Source: Octopus bimaculoides
Taxonomy: Eukaryota
Assembly (NCBI RefSeq): GCF_001194135.2
Contig: NC_068987.1
Coordinates: forward strand, 69,716,065-69,780,064
Reading direction: 5' to 3'
DNA: 64,000 nucleotides
This document shows, in pieces, positions 28,201 through 42,190 of this stretch (the stretch's first letter is position 1; each line of letters opens with the position of its first letter). The notes under the pieces are model-generated. The model did no database searches. It was not told the origin of the DNA and was given only the letters and a program-made list of their open reading frames with translations. A program made the position numbers and the translations under genes.

Positions 28201-29411
28201 TAAGCTTATAGTTTGATTTAATACAAATAATCTCTTCTTTGGATATTGTTGGTGATGACCCTTATGTTGTTCGCATTCGAGCTACATCTCCGGTCTGAGA
28301 CTAATATCTACAGTTTCATGTATCTCTGAGCCACTGAAAAGGGATATGGTTCTGCATAAAATAACTTTAAGACATTACAGAAATTGTGATATATTGTGTA
28401 TAAGGGATTTAGCAGTTATTTCTTATAATCAGGGTGACCAGGTAGAAGTTCCCTCGTCGGAAGATATAAACCACTGTGTTTTTTTTCCCCAGGCTCTTTA
28501 AATCTAGTATACCCGAAAATAGGAATATCTCTCTTTCTTCGTTATAATCAATCACTCAAAGTCATACAAAAGCAATTAGTTTTCTTATGTTTGGAACATT
28601 TGTTACAGAAAAGGAATAGTTCGACCTCATGTTGTTCAGTTATTTTAAAATTAAAGCTAAATACAGGTGTATATATATATATATNNNNNNNNNNNNNNNN
28701 NNNNNNNNNNNNNNNNNNNNNNNNNNNNNNNNNNNNNNNNNNNNNNNNNNNNNNNNNNNNNNNNNNNNNNNNNNNNNNNNNNNNNNNNNNNNNNNNNNNN
28801 NNNNNNNNNNNNNNNNNNNNNNNNNNNNNNNNNNNNATAATGACGTTATTAGTAAGAGAACTTCAGCAAAAAATATTGGTATTGTTTACATTCTGAGTCC
28901 AAATTACACTGGCTTCAGATTTACCTTTCGTCCTGTGGGATTTCATAAAATTAGGTGCTAACCAAACATTGCTGTTGAATTCACTGGCACTTACAACTCT
29001 AGAAATATTTGGAATTGGTTTATTGTATACAAAGTATTGCATTCATGATCTTTTAATTGATGCCATTATTGAACTGGGTGATGTATTGTGTTCTTCATGA
29101 AAAACAGTTTCTTACAAGTCATTCCAGTAATCCCGCAACAGAGTGGCACCCCGTACAAGAAGTGGGAAGTGTATCCGACAGAATCGGGACAGACGGACGT
29201 ATAAGCTTTCAACTCGGACCGGGTCATTCAACCATTTCTTGATACTACACACGAGTACACACGCTCACACACACACTCACGCGCGCGCACACATACATAT
29301 ATATAGTTGAAAAGGGGTTAAGAGACCATGCAAATTAAACATTATAGTTTAAGTACATAAAGTTGGAAAAAGTACAGAAGTATATTTTAGAGAATGCTCA
29401 GTATTTTAGTT

Positions 29412-29484
29412 GCCTCCATAGCTCAGTGGTTAGAGCACTGCCCTTGAAAACCAAGGGTTGTGAGTTCGATCCTCACTGGGGTCT
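29412..29484 (+). pseudogene. tRNA-Thr(UGU)-like pseudogene (anticodon now reads TGA; canonical anticodon stem broken)
   Basis: gcctccatagctcagtggttagagcactgcccttgaaaaccaagggttgtgagttcgatcctcactggggtct aligns without gaps to animal tRNA-Thr(TGT) as I recall it. D stem GCTC/GAGC, T stem GTGAG/CTCAC, A box and B box (GTTCGATCC) intact; one acceptor-stem mismatch; CTGCC/ACCAA does not pair. Confidence 0.85.
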
Positions 29485-29607
29485 TCGGTCTTCTGTGACA
29501 TATTTTACAATGAGTGATTTAAAATATAACTGGTTTCGATGTCTCCGTCTTATCAAATACTATAAAGAATTGTTTTTGGAAGTCCGAGAGATAAAAAAAA
29601 AATGTGT

Positions 29608-29668
29608 TTTAACAGTTTGTACCCATATTTGAGTTCGAAAAACTCAAATATAGGTACAAACTGTTAAA
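29608..29668. repeat. Near-perfect inverted repeat, 28-bp arms, 5-nt loop
   Basis: tttaacagtttgtacccatatttgagtt-cgaaa-aactcaaatataggtacaaactgttaaa; one mismatch. Confidence 0.95.
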
Positions 29669-32036
29669 TCTCACGCGCACACATATATACACCCAATAGC
29701 TATTAAATTTCTTTATCTAAAGCAACGAGACGATCTCTTGAGTATGGTATTGCCTCATTGGTAACATGTGAAAATCTTTCTAAATATATTTGTGTACAAT
29801 AGAAAACTAATGTGTTTATCATGTTATCAAATACAAGTGAAGATATATTCAAAGAGAAAAATATAGAGAGATGGAGAGAAAAAAAAAAGGAAAGGAAATG
29901 TTGTTTTAAGACGGCTGTCTCTTAATTGAACTAACGTACACCGCCACCCGTCTAAAAGGCTTTCATTAGCTTCCTACCCTAGTGTAACCAAATTTGTGCC
30001 CGATACTTTCAACATTCGCACGTGCGATAATTTCTTTTTAGCAAAATTTATTTCAGTGAAGTTGAAATTTTTTCTAAAAAAATATTCCTGTTTTAGTTAA
30101 ACATGCTGTTCAGTTCTATTTTATAATGCAAATCAAAACACAAAACCTTCTCCGACTCACGCAAAATTTTCAGTCAGTCACCTTAGAATAAAGGTAATGT
30201 TTGCGTGTAAAGACGTTTTTCTTTTCTTTTCATTTAGGCAATCAATGGTTTGTTGAATGAGACAGCTGCTATATTGCACGGGTTTGCGATCTTGATGACA
30301 ATTCGATATGAACTATAATGCTAAACTAGTCACAAATAATCGCTTGAAAAATCTATATAGTGGAATTGTGTATATTTTTATATGTTGCTGATATTTTTTG
30401 TTTTACTTTTCATTTTCTTGTTGTTTTACACCTTCTTTCTTCCGCTTGTTAATGGTATTCACGTTCTTTTCGGAGTTTATTTTCTTTCTGATGTTGTTAT
30501 CAATATCATAAAGAAATAATACTATCATTTGTGTAATTAATATCGTATTTTTGCTTCTTTACCTGATCCACGATTGCGGTAAATGAAATTTTCACGCGGC
30601 TTAATTCGTTTCATATCGGAGGTAAACATACCCACGCGCACACATATACATAGACTTCATATACATACATATACATCTGGAAGCTTGCGTACACATAACG
30701 AATAAATTTATAAAATCATAAAGTGATTCTAGTTCCAAGCCTATATATTATATTTATCTTCGCGCATCCAGTTATTAAGCAGAATAGTGAAAGGTATATT
30801 CTTTGGAGAAATGAAACGTGACATACTTTCTGTAGGGAGGATTAAATAGTAAATATTGAAATAAAATATAGTTTCATAGAAAAAATATATAGGAATAAGT
30901 ATTCTTCATTATTCAAGTATTGAATATATGTGTGCCTTTATACACGTAAGTATCACATTGTATGACAATTTATATATAACGATATGACTTTGTATTTCTA
31001 TATCTCACAAACTGTACACTCATAAAAGTGTCAAATATAATTATACGTAACGTTTGAAACGCATTCTTACATAAACATAAACATACACATACATATGCAC
31101 ACAAACGTATATATGCACACACTTGATGCAAACAATAATTACACTAGCGTTTGATGTATACACTTATATAAATTAAATGATAACGCTACATTTTGGCTAT
31201 CCTAAAAAGATCCAAGTTAAAACATTCCGTTACACAGATATTCATGTTCGGGAACTTGGACACTACTCAGGTGAGACTGATTGACGTAACGGATACCTTT
31301 CTAAATCAGAGCTTATGAGTGTATTTCGGAGAATGTGGAATATCAGAGAAATAAAAAGAAAAATTTAGTTATGAAATATTCTATGTTGAAAATATAAATC
31401 TATATAAGTATTTATTCTACATATAGTATTGGAGCATTGTCTTTTATCTTTAGTCTTACCAAGTACTGTGTATATAATAACACTACTATATAACAAACTA
31501 TACACTCACACATAGGTGTGCTAGTGTATGTATATATGTGAGCATGTGAAGCAAAATATTTGCCATTCTGTACTCTTTTCGCTTTCTATGTGCGCAGAAC
31601 GATATACATGAATACATATGTGCGTTTTATCATTGTGTTTTTTGTATTATGCGTGTTTGTGTGTATGAAAGAGAGAATGGGGAAGAGAAAGACAGGGAAG
31701 GAGAGAGAAAAAGAGGGGAGGAGAGAGAGAAAGAGGGGAAGAGAGAGAATAGAAGAAAGAGAGAAAGAGAGTATCGATATATTTATCGGCACAAGTGAAC
31801 ATATTAGATATATTTAACCATAGGCAGAATGATTTAGCAAGACAATAGAAGCGAAAATGATATACCTGGTCAATGTCGAGAGAAAAAGCAATAGATAAAC
31901 GATTTTGCAATCAGTCTGTCTCTCTATCTATCTGTTTGTCGGCCCGTCTGTCTCTGTGCTCACACGCGTGCACACACACGCACAAACACACACAAGCACA
32001 CACACACACACACAAGCACACATATACATATACACA

Positions 32037-32071
<35 letters not shown>

Positions 32072-32400
32072 NNNNNNNNNNNNNNNNNNNNNNNNNNNNN
32101 NNNNNNNNNNNNNNNNNNNNNNNNNNNNNNNNNNNNNNNNNNNNNNNNNNNNNNNNNNNNNNNNNNNNNNNNNNNNNNNNNTATATATATATATATATAT
32201 ATGTATGTTCGTTATTCATACGGAGGAATATCATGAAGCAATGTCGGAAAGTGGAAGAAACTGAAAATTATATACGAAAGCCCGAGTGAATTTTGTGTAA
32301 ATGGCAGAATTGAAGGAATTAGATGTTTATGTGTATCCATTAGTAATATCATAAGACATATTTGGAAGCTATCTTTGTTTCTCTTTTATCCATCATCATC

Positions 32401-32431
<31 letters not shown>

Positions 32432-33057
32432 GCATCATTATAATCATCATCCTCTTCATCATCAACATCACCATTACAGTCTTCTTCTTCCACCCTCTTT
32501 CATTTTGTTTGAGGCGTCTCCATGTGACACCAGACTGCAGATCGATTTAGTGTTCCAATCTAACTATTATGGCAGTGCCAACAACACCAGTTATTGATTT
32601 GAAAGCTTGTATATTCTGATTTGAATAACTATATTACATTCCCTTACTATTCTCAGTGCCATTTTTTTCTTCTTTGGAAGCCCACCTCTGAAACAGCGGA
32701 GGGGATTTCATTCAGTTCTGCAAACGACGTCGATGGCACGCTGCTAAATAATCGGGCATAATTCCTTATTGAGGCATTGTTCGCTAATATTTGAAACGTC
32801 TGACGTATAATGTTTGCTGCACACACATGTGAAATGGTAATACATACGTATTCATGGATAGAAATTCATGCACTTATCGGCATGTAGAGACTGACGTACA
32901 TACGTAGAAAGAAATAAAGAATATCCGCATACGAAACATCGTGAAGTATTTCGAATGATATAAACCTATATGTATTCATAGATACCCGCAACGCAAATAT
33001 ACAAATGCAAACTTACACACACAAGCACAAACACACACACACACATGCGCGCGCACG

Positions 33058-33093
<36 letters not shown>

Positions 33094-35329
33094 TTTTACT
33101 TAACATCAATCGTATTGTGAAGATGTTGCTGAAGATCATAAATTCGGTAGAGAATATATACTTGATTTGACCAAGACTGCTATTTCACATCTAATTCTTT
33201 TCTCCAGCCCAGAAAAATGGAAAGCAAGGCTGACCCCAGAGTATGAGCACTACATTATAACCATTTGAAAAATAAGAACCTAAAAACATATCTATATATA
33301 TATATGGATTCGAATTAAATTATCCATACACACCATAACATAGACCTAAAGGCAACAGAGGAACGTGTAACCAAAAATTCAATCATTTCCAGTAGCATGA
33401 GCTTAGAAAATGGAAGGAAACATTGGTTGACACTAAAATACTGAATGATAGCGACTGCAACGTTTTTTATCATAATTCTGCTTGATTACGACTTACCTGG
33501 TTACTGAATGATATCTACAACCAATTTTCTTAACTCCACTCCCATACAAATTGTGTACTTTCCCCTGTTGATACTACCTCTAATACATGGTCCACAACCG
33601 TTTGTGGACATGAGCCTCATTATTACCAGTATCATTACTTTCCGCTCATAAACATTCTTTGTCACCCCAAGCACAAATACAGTCCATCATCAAGACTGTT
33701 ATCATCATTACTATGGGAAACAACTTCTAAATTTACCGGCCTTACTACCAATAATCACCGCAAACTATTCATAAACACCACTAGCAGCAGCATTACGGAG
33801 AGCCATTAATTCCATTGTGACCACCTTCTACCTCTATCGCAGCTTCTTTGCTTCTTTCATTGTTATTACACACATAAACTAAAAGCATGTTATCCCATGT
33901 TTTCCAGAGTAGAAATTACTTGTCTGTATAATTAAAAAAAAAATATTTCAACACACAAAAATTAATTAAAAGAAATCAGTCAGGAAAAATAAAACTCAAG
34001 CAAATAAAAATAAATAACAAGATTATCAATACTATAATTAATGTTTTGGCACCAATCCCCTGGGTTCAAAACATCTCTGCAATTTTGTTTGCTAAATTAA
34101 CTCCCAAATTCCGAATGTGTTAAAATATCTGATGTGTTAAAATTATTTTAGACTACACTCAGTATTTGAGTATTCATGAATATTTGCAAATTATAATATG
34201 GAGGATTTTGTCATTTCAATATAGATGAAATTTTTTTCTGTATTTGTTCAGGTATTAAAAAAAATATAAAAATAGTTTGGTAGTAATCATCTTTATCATT
34301 TATATGATTTTTATTTCTTGTGTTCATCTCAGACTTTCATCCATATTTCTTCCTTATGCGGATGATGTATTCATAGCAAAGTCGTGTAGAACTTGATAAG
34401 TTATTCTTCTAATTTTGCCATAAAATTATTGTAGATTATTGATCGTATTTGATCTGCAGGGTAAATTTCAGAATGTTCTACGTCTTTTGGTCTAACATTT
34501 CGATACTCATGTATGCGTCATATTTTAAAGCAAACAAGAAGTCTCTAGTTGTCAATTTCAAATTTCCATATTTCTTTTACCACAAGAGTATGATACCAGA
34601 AAATTTTGTATCAAATACATGTAGATCTTTGCAGTCCAGTAATTTTACCAGGAAAGGTTTGACCAAACCTTGAGTGATAATAGACAATGAATTTATGAAA
34701 ACTGATCTACACTCAGGCAACTTATAAACTACCTCTATTATACAGTACTTCAATAATACGCAGCTGGTTTTATTCTATGATTTAAATTTTGCTTTTGTTT
34801 TATTTTGTTTTTAATAAGTAGCGCAGTAGTAAGATACAAAACACCGATCAAATGTCACGTTGGCACCTTTGCATTGTAACTTCAAGCATATCAACAACTT
34901 AAAAATAGAACATCAAGCATTACTATCCCATAGATAAAGTAGAAACTTCGTTTTGATATAGGCTTCCCTCCGTTACGTATGGCAACTTTTGGATGCGTAT
35001 CAATAATAATCTTGTAGAGTGTTCGGTGCGTTCATATCACCGTCATGCTTTTTTTTTCCGAGTGATAACCAATAACAACGTTTTCCGTTTTCCAAGCTTC
35101 TCTTCATATGACAATAACAGCCTTATTGAGGAAATTCTAGTTTAACATAGATGTTCTGTATGATACGATTACCAAAAAACTGAATGCATTAAGAGGTGAC
35201 AGGTTCGTCCTAAATCGTACGTAGAATTAGAAAGGAAAGAAAAATGTTTGCTTCATTGGTGATCGATTTCTAATACTGAATGATAAAACGACAGAATGAA
35301 AGTGGGGATCCATGTACATATGTGTGTGT

Positions 35330-35795
<466 letters not shown>

Positions 35796-36087
35796 ATAGA
35801 AAGGAAGAGAAAGACAAAGAGAGTGATTGAGAAATAAAGAAAGTGAAACGAGATTTCTGAATATAGCATGGCACTGTATAACATCATAGTTCATGAATCC
35901 CAGCGTACACAATTGGATACACACACATATATTCATACCAGTTTACTAATATGTCCACACGGATCTAAGCACATACATTCGTATGAACGTACAAATACAT
36001 ACAAATATTATTTATACGTTGAAAGAAATATAAATATGTAAACACAAATGTAAGCGCTCACACATGAACACACACCAGCACATACAA

Positions 36088-36119
<32 letters not shown>

Positions 36120-36668
36120 ACGCACGCACATACATCCATAAAATACACATTACACGTATAGATATTATTTCCCAATGAGTTCCCACGTTTCTTTTTATGA
36201 TAATATTCTACCTAAACAAAGGCCTAATGCTTGAATTAATGTGATACATTTGGGGACCATTTTAGCTGTATCCACCAACCGGAACCGGACAAGAGAGACA
36301 AGTAAAATCTCTACTGTAAATTGTGACTGAACCTATATTCTTTGCACTTCACTCTTATTAAATATTCAGTGCTGACATTAAAGACTGGATAGTGGAGGTC
36401 TGGATCACGCCTCCACTAGGGCACATCAAATCAATGATTCATTCGGACACGCTGGTAATGCTGAAGTATTTGTGAAGCAGTTTAGCAAACGAAATTGTTG
36501 AGATTTTTAAACCCAGGGGATTGGTAGCCAAACATTAATTATAGAATTGGTAACGATGATTTCGATAGGAAAAGAATAACAACAATATTATAAACCGATA
36601 GAATTGACGAAGCCAGTGTTATGAAGCGAGAACTATGGTTTTGAGAACTTCTAACGCAAATATACATG

Positions 36669-36718
<50 letters not shown>

Positions 36719-39192
36719 TTAGTCTGTGTGTCTGTGTGTCTGTGTGTCTGTGTATATGTGTGCATATATGTGTGTATATACGTGTGTGTGTGTATAAATA
36801 TATATGAATATATGTATAGGTAGATAGATAGCTATAATAATACGCATATATACATAAATTCATATATATATATATACATACATATATACATATGTATATG
36901 CATGCATGTATGCATACACTATTGGAAATGCATAGCTTGATAGCTAGGTAAGCGTACATGTTATATATATTGGTGAAAATATATATCTACATATCAATAT
37001 ATGATGTACATATATAGGCACGAACATTGTAATTTAAAATTTGTCTTTGTATGAAGTAAATAACAGATTTTGTATGTGTGAGATGAGAATTATTCCTCAC
37101 ATCCAAAAGAAGAGTAAAAGCTTTGTAAGCGGCGAAGTTTCTGAAATTTTATATATTTTGTATAAAGACTGTTGCTATAAATAAAATGTTCGTATCGATG
37201 TAAAAGCGTGACAAGTTTAGTAAGCTATCAATCTCAAATATCATTCTGGATTGTTTACATCTTAGAAAAATAAGATTAAAAGCTCTCATGTTAGTTTGTC
37301 CGGTTCTGAGTGTGGTGGTAGCTATAGAGAAAATAATCCTCATTGTACTGATTTGGCCCAAAAACTAATAATTGAGTGAAGGCCATTGAAATGTCTAAAC
37401 TGCCAGTTGATGGTATTAAGCTTGCTGACGTGCTTTTGTCCGAGAAAAGAAACGGACTTTCCGATGTTTTTTTCCGTGGTTTCCATATACAAAATTTCAC
37501 TCACAACGCTTTGGTCAGCACGAGGTGTCCGAAGTGTCACCCTGTGGGATAGAACACGAAATTTAGTTAGTGCAGTACATAACCATGGCAACGAGTTTTA
37601 AAACAATCCATGAATCTTGTGGTCTCCTGAAGAAGGATCAGACCCACTTATAGCTATTGAAGATTTAACTACAATAGGTGGCAATATTTTTAATAGTCTA
37701 TGTTTTGTCTTATGAAATGAACCTGATTAATAAATTGTTGAGCTACATAAAATCTATTTATATAACAACCCTCGTATTTCAAATATTCAATCCTACTTCT
37801 CCAGCGCCTGAAAAAGAGAAGCATCTAATCTTCGTGCAAAGGTTTTAATATGCAGGGGATATGTATCGATGATTGAATTGGATTCTATACTCTGGAGATG
37901 TATATTACTGATAAGATTGAATTCTATATACCGTATTTTATAAAACTCAGACCAAAGTTCTAAGCTGGATTCCAAATATTTGAAATTAATGTTCATGAGA
38001 ATGAAATTAAACACTCTAAAGCATTTCATCAGTCTACTTTTTCTATCGAAAGTTAATTATACTGTAAATTATACGGATATTTCCAAGTTGTTCATCGAAC
38101 AGAGTTGACTGAGGGAACATTCACGCAGATACTAGCTTGTTAGAAAATGTAGTCAAATCACACTGAAATGATACCTTAAAGTCTTAAATTAAGGAAATTT
38201 TAGATTATGCAGTTGAAAGAAAAGGATGTGAAACAGTCATGTTTGAAAGTCTATAATCATATGACTTATTATTCAGAGTTCACAAAGAAGTGAGCAGTTA
38301 TGGCAACACCGAAAACATCAACTTCCGTTTGTATAAATACATTTACTTGCAATTTCAAACAACTTTGGAGAACCAAAAATTGATCTTCTCCATAAAACAG
38401 CTTCAAACAGTTTCAGGGACGTTAAAATAATAAAAACGTTCTTTTTTTTAAAAAAATGGATTTCCTTTCTGTGATGCAGCTAATGTATTCCACACAATGA
38501 CTTGACAGGTTCTCTAGATGCACTTTTTGACATTGTAACCATCCACAAAAACATTATAAAACACAAGGCGGTTGTATTAACACCGATACTATTTCTAAAA
38601 TATTTGAAATTACAATATTTAACAAGCGTAATTACAGCTTCACACATTCTATTTCCCACCAATAAATACAGATCTGAAACAAATCTAGAAGGTAATCATT
38701 TTATGTTTTCATTATTTTTCAACACCTCCTAGATTGGTGGAAAGAAAGGAGAATGGCTTGAATGCTTTCAACGGAGTAGACACTTTTAAATCGAACCAAT
38801 GGTCAAGTGATGTGCCTTTAAATCGGGTAATAGATCGATCTCATCTCCCAAAAGCTAGATCACTCTCACCAACAGACTTCATCACAGTTCCTTCCACCCA
38901 GCTTTTTGATCACCCATGGTTACTGGAATCCTAACCCCAATATATATAGTTGGCAAGAGAACTCTTCAGATAAGATTGAGATGCTATTCAACTGAAATCG
39001 ATGATAAAATGTACCATAATTTCATTTCTAGTATTAGATTAGGTTTTTAGATGCAGTTGATTGTCCAAATCTTGAAGATTATATTCTAGCTACAATGGAT
39101 TCGTTTGTATACATTAAGCCAAAGCTGAATTTTACACTAAGTATCATCGAAAGAATTCACCACTTGCGTAATTCAACAATTACACTAAACAA

Positions 39193-40258
39193 TACAAGAT
39201 CTAATCAATAAGTATCAGTGTTGGTGCTAAATAAACAAAACTATAACCCATACCAATTTGGCATTTATTCTCCTTCCGAAGCCACACACTTAATCCAGCG
39301 CTCTTTCCATTGATAGAAGCATTCCTGGAACTCGTTTTCTGGGATAATCAGCAGTTGCCTCATCGCATTCTTCCTTTCAAGCATGCTTTGATTTGTGGAA
39401 AGAAGAAAATGTCGCAAGGGTGAGATCTAGGGAATACGGTGGGTGACTGTTGAATCTGGGGAATGCTGCACTGAATGGGAAGGTGTGTTGTCATTCTGCA
39501 ATTGCCATTGATTGGACGCACGCAGTTGTGGCCTTTTCCAACGAAAAACGTCATGGTAGTACTCCAAGTTTATTGTCGAAAATCGGCATGGTAGCGACGC
39601 CGAAAAACGCCGATAAACGTCATGGTAGTACTCCAAGTTTATTGTCTGACTAGGAGGAGCATACCCATGATGAACAATCCCCTTGTCGTCGCAGAAAACG
39701 GTCAACAATGTCTTCATTGCTTCTATACATTCGTGCTTTCTTCGGTCTTGGAGAGGTTGGGGTCTTCCACTGCGCCTTTGTTTCGGGATCATAGCCATTG
39801 ACCCACAATCCATCAGATTTTATGACCGTTTTCAAAAACTTTTCATCGTTCTCGACGCAATCAAGGGAATCATGTGCAACAGAAACCCGAGTTTCTTTTT
39901 GGTCAACTGAAAGCACAAACTTGGCAACCACGCGTCTCATCTTGACCATTTTGGAAGCGTCTGAACCACTCGTACAATTGTGTGCGGTTCATACACGCCT
40001 CTCCATACACTTTCTGAAACCTTACGTATGTCTCTGAGCAGGTATCGCCAAGCTTTTGGCAAAATTTAATGCAGATTTTCAGCTCAATTTTCTCTGTCAT
40101 GATCAATGCGATTATTACACGCTACACGCGTTCATTCCAAGCACTGCTGTAAACGCACATCGGCGTTCAAAGTCAATCTGTGCCAAGCGGTTTTACGCTG
40201 CGTGCTTTAGCTTCGTTACTATGGCAACAGCCCGGATACTTATTGATCAGACCACGTA
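39193..40258 (-). mobile_element. Decayed mariner (Tc1/mariner, DD34D-type) transposon, ~1.07 kb, internally deleted
   Basis: TA-flanked TIRs (TAcaagatctaatcaataagtatcag versus reverse complement TAcgtggtctgatcaataagtatccg). Transposase fragments: ICIKFCQKLG..VYGEACMNRTQLYEWFRRFQNG, MRRVVAKFV, KSDGLWVNGYDPETKAQW..SPRPKKAR, VFCDDKGIVH, QNDNTPSH, HPCDIFFFPQIKACLKG, FQECFYQWKERWIKCV. Multiple frameshifts. Confidence 0.95.
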
Positions 40259-40688
40259 CAAAATCTTAACAATTAACAAATAAATCTCCTTAAACGAAAA
40301 TGATGATGGTACCTTAAATGAAAATGATGATTGTCTATTAATGAAGGCAAGAGCCAAACCAGTTAAGCATGAAAAATATCTTCTTCGGTTTTAAATGAAT
40401 ATTACAGAAGCATCAAATTTGAATGTATTTGAATTTGAATTTTTTTCTGTCCATTTTCTGCACATGTCGTAAGTCCGGCGAATGTACACAATCATCTAAA
40501 ACCAAAGCAACAAAGCAACTAGCTAAAATGGCTCCGTAAGAAAACGTTACATAATGATATTCTATCGCACGTCGTCATGTAGCATTCAAAATTTGTTTCA
40601 GTGAGTACTATAGTGTGATACGAAGAAACACTCATATATCCATACAAATATATACTTATACGTGTGTGCACATTTGTGTGAGTGGATG

Positions 40689-40744
<56 letters not shown>

Positions 40745-42081
40745 GGTGGGTGTGTGGGTGTGTGTGTGTGTGGGTGTATGTGTGTATGTGTGTATTTATG
40801 CATATATTTGTTTATATATATAAATGCATACATGTGCACTGACAAACATACATACTCAAATGCATATATGAACAAGTTAAAACTAATAAAATATTAAAAT
40901 AGTAAAATACATAAATTTGCATACATTCAGAAAAGGAGAGAATGAGAAAATTAGAGTTAGTCGCAAAGATTTGAATTCTCTGCATACATACGCGCACATC
41001 CTCAACCATTGTAGATTATTATACAAACGCACAATCTATATAAAAAATTCACTCACTAAAATGTATTGAAATATAAATAAAGCAATAAACATAAACACCC
41101 TCAAACTTCAACTTAATTAGCGTAAGACGTTTGTAAAATTTGTGAATTCGTTTAAGACTCAGTCAATACTTTATCAGCTCCTGTGGTAAGTTAGATAAGT
41201 TGTCACAGCATTAAATATGTAGAATGGGTATAAAACCGTGATTGACTTTATCAGGCGAATGTTTTTAAAAGGTATCACTTAAACGAATTCTACAGCAAAG
41301 TCATCATTATAGGTTTCAGCGATGGTTTGCTGAACTATTGAACATATTTACTTCTGCTCATTCAAATGCTTACTTCGAAATATGCTTGATATGCAGGCTG
41401 GTATTTATCGAGTAGCACCTTTAACTGAAATATTATTTCTTCAGGTTTATATAATCTTTTAATTTTCAAAATACATTCTCGATCCAGAACAGAAATCTGA
41501 GTTAGGTATTATGTATTTGCATGAAAAGTTTTGAATGCATATTTAACAATTGGGAAAACGATTTTGCAAATATTTTAAGCGTTAGGGGAATTATATTAAT
41601 ATTTGAGAAGTTCAGTTGAAAATTAAATCAGTATAACAGAATAACCTAATCTGTTCTTTATTTCTCTCTTTCTCTCCGCCCTTCATTAAAGGACACCCAC
41701 ATATATAATATATACAAATAATATGTCTACATGTGCTCGTCAAAATCCTCCACTAACAATATCATGAAGTCAATGTTATCTATTCTTCTATGCAAGAATT
41801 GGTCTACAGAGTCATCAACGCAATAACCACAAATGAAGCGTCCAGCAAAGAAGAAACTAGATTCTGGGATACGACGACGACGATGACGGGCATGTACTAC
41901 GTGGCTGTGTGCAAGGTTTAGCTGAGAGATAAAGATCTTTCAGTACACTGTAGTTGCTAACTTCCCAAAGCCAGTGTGAAATCGGAACGCCACAGCATCA
42001 CTTATATTTATAATCTAAAAAGATATCCTGTGCTATATCATAATATTGCTATAAGATTCTTTACTACAACGTCGGTTGTAT

Positions 42082-42190
42082 GTATGGCCATGTAGTTACG
42101 TTCACTTCTCACATGGTTCCAGCTTCGATCGTATTATGCGACAATATTTTCGCATAGCCTCGAATCGACACCGGAAGCACATCGGATTGA
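42082..42190 (+). mobile_element. Very degenerate type 3 SINE 5' fragment
   Basis: cacatggttcc and atagcctcg..cgac match the order I recall in a common octopus SINE; related to the 63785 copy. Confidence 0.3.

Noticed and set aside
36390-36418. 9-bp stem hairpin tagtggagg/cctccacta near CTAG, considered as a Helitron 3' end
   Set aside because: The CTAG overlaps the stem instead of lying ~10 nt downstream; single short hairpin.
37200-37520. Possible Tc1/mariner-type transposase relic on the minus strand (KFCIW..FLFSD, LHS..FW)
   Set aside because: Motifs too short and inconsistently spaced, no TIRs seen; needs a profile-HMM search.
39058-39069. 12-nt match to the 5' end of miR-219 (tgattgtccaaa)
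   Set aside because: The match stops at 12 nt and no hairpin partner follows; expected by chance.
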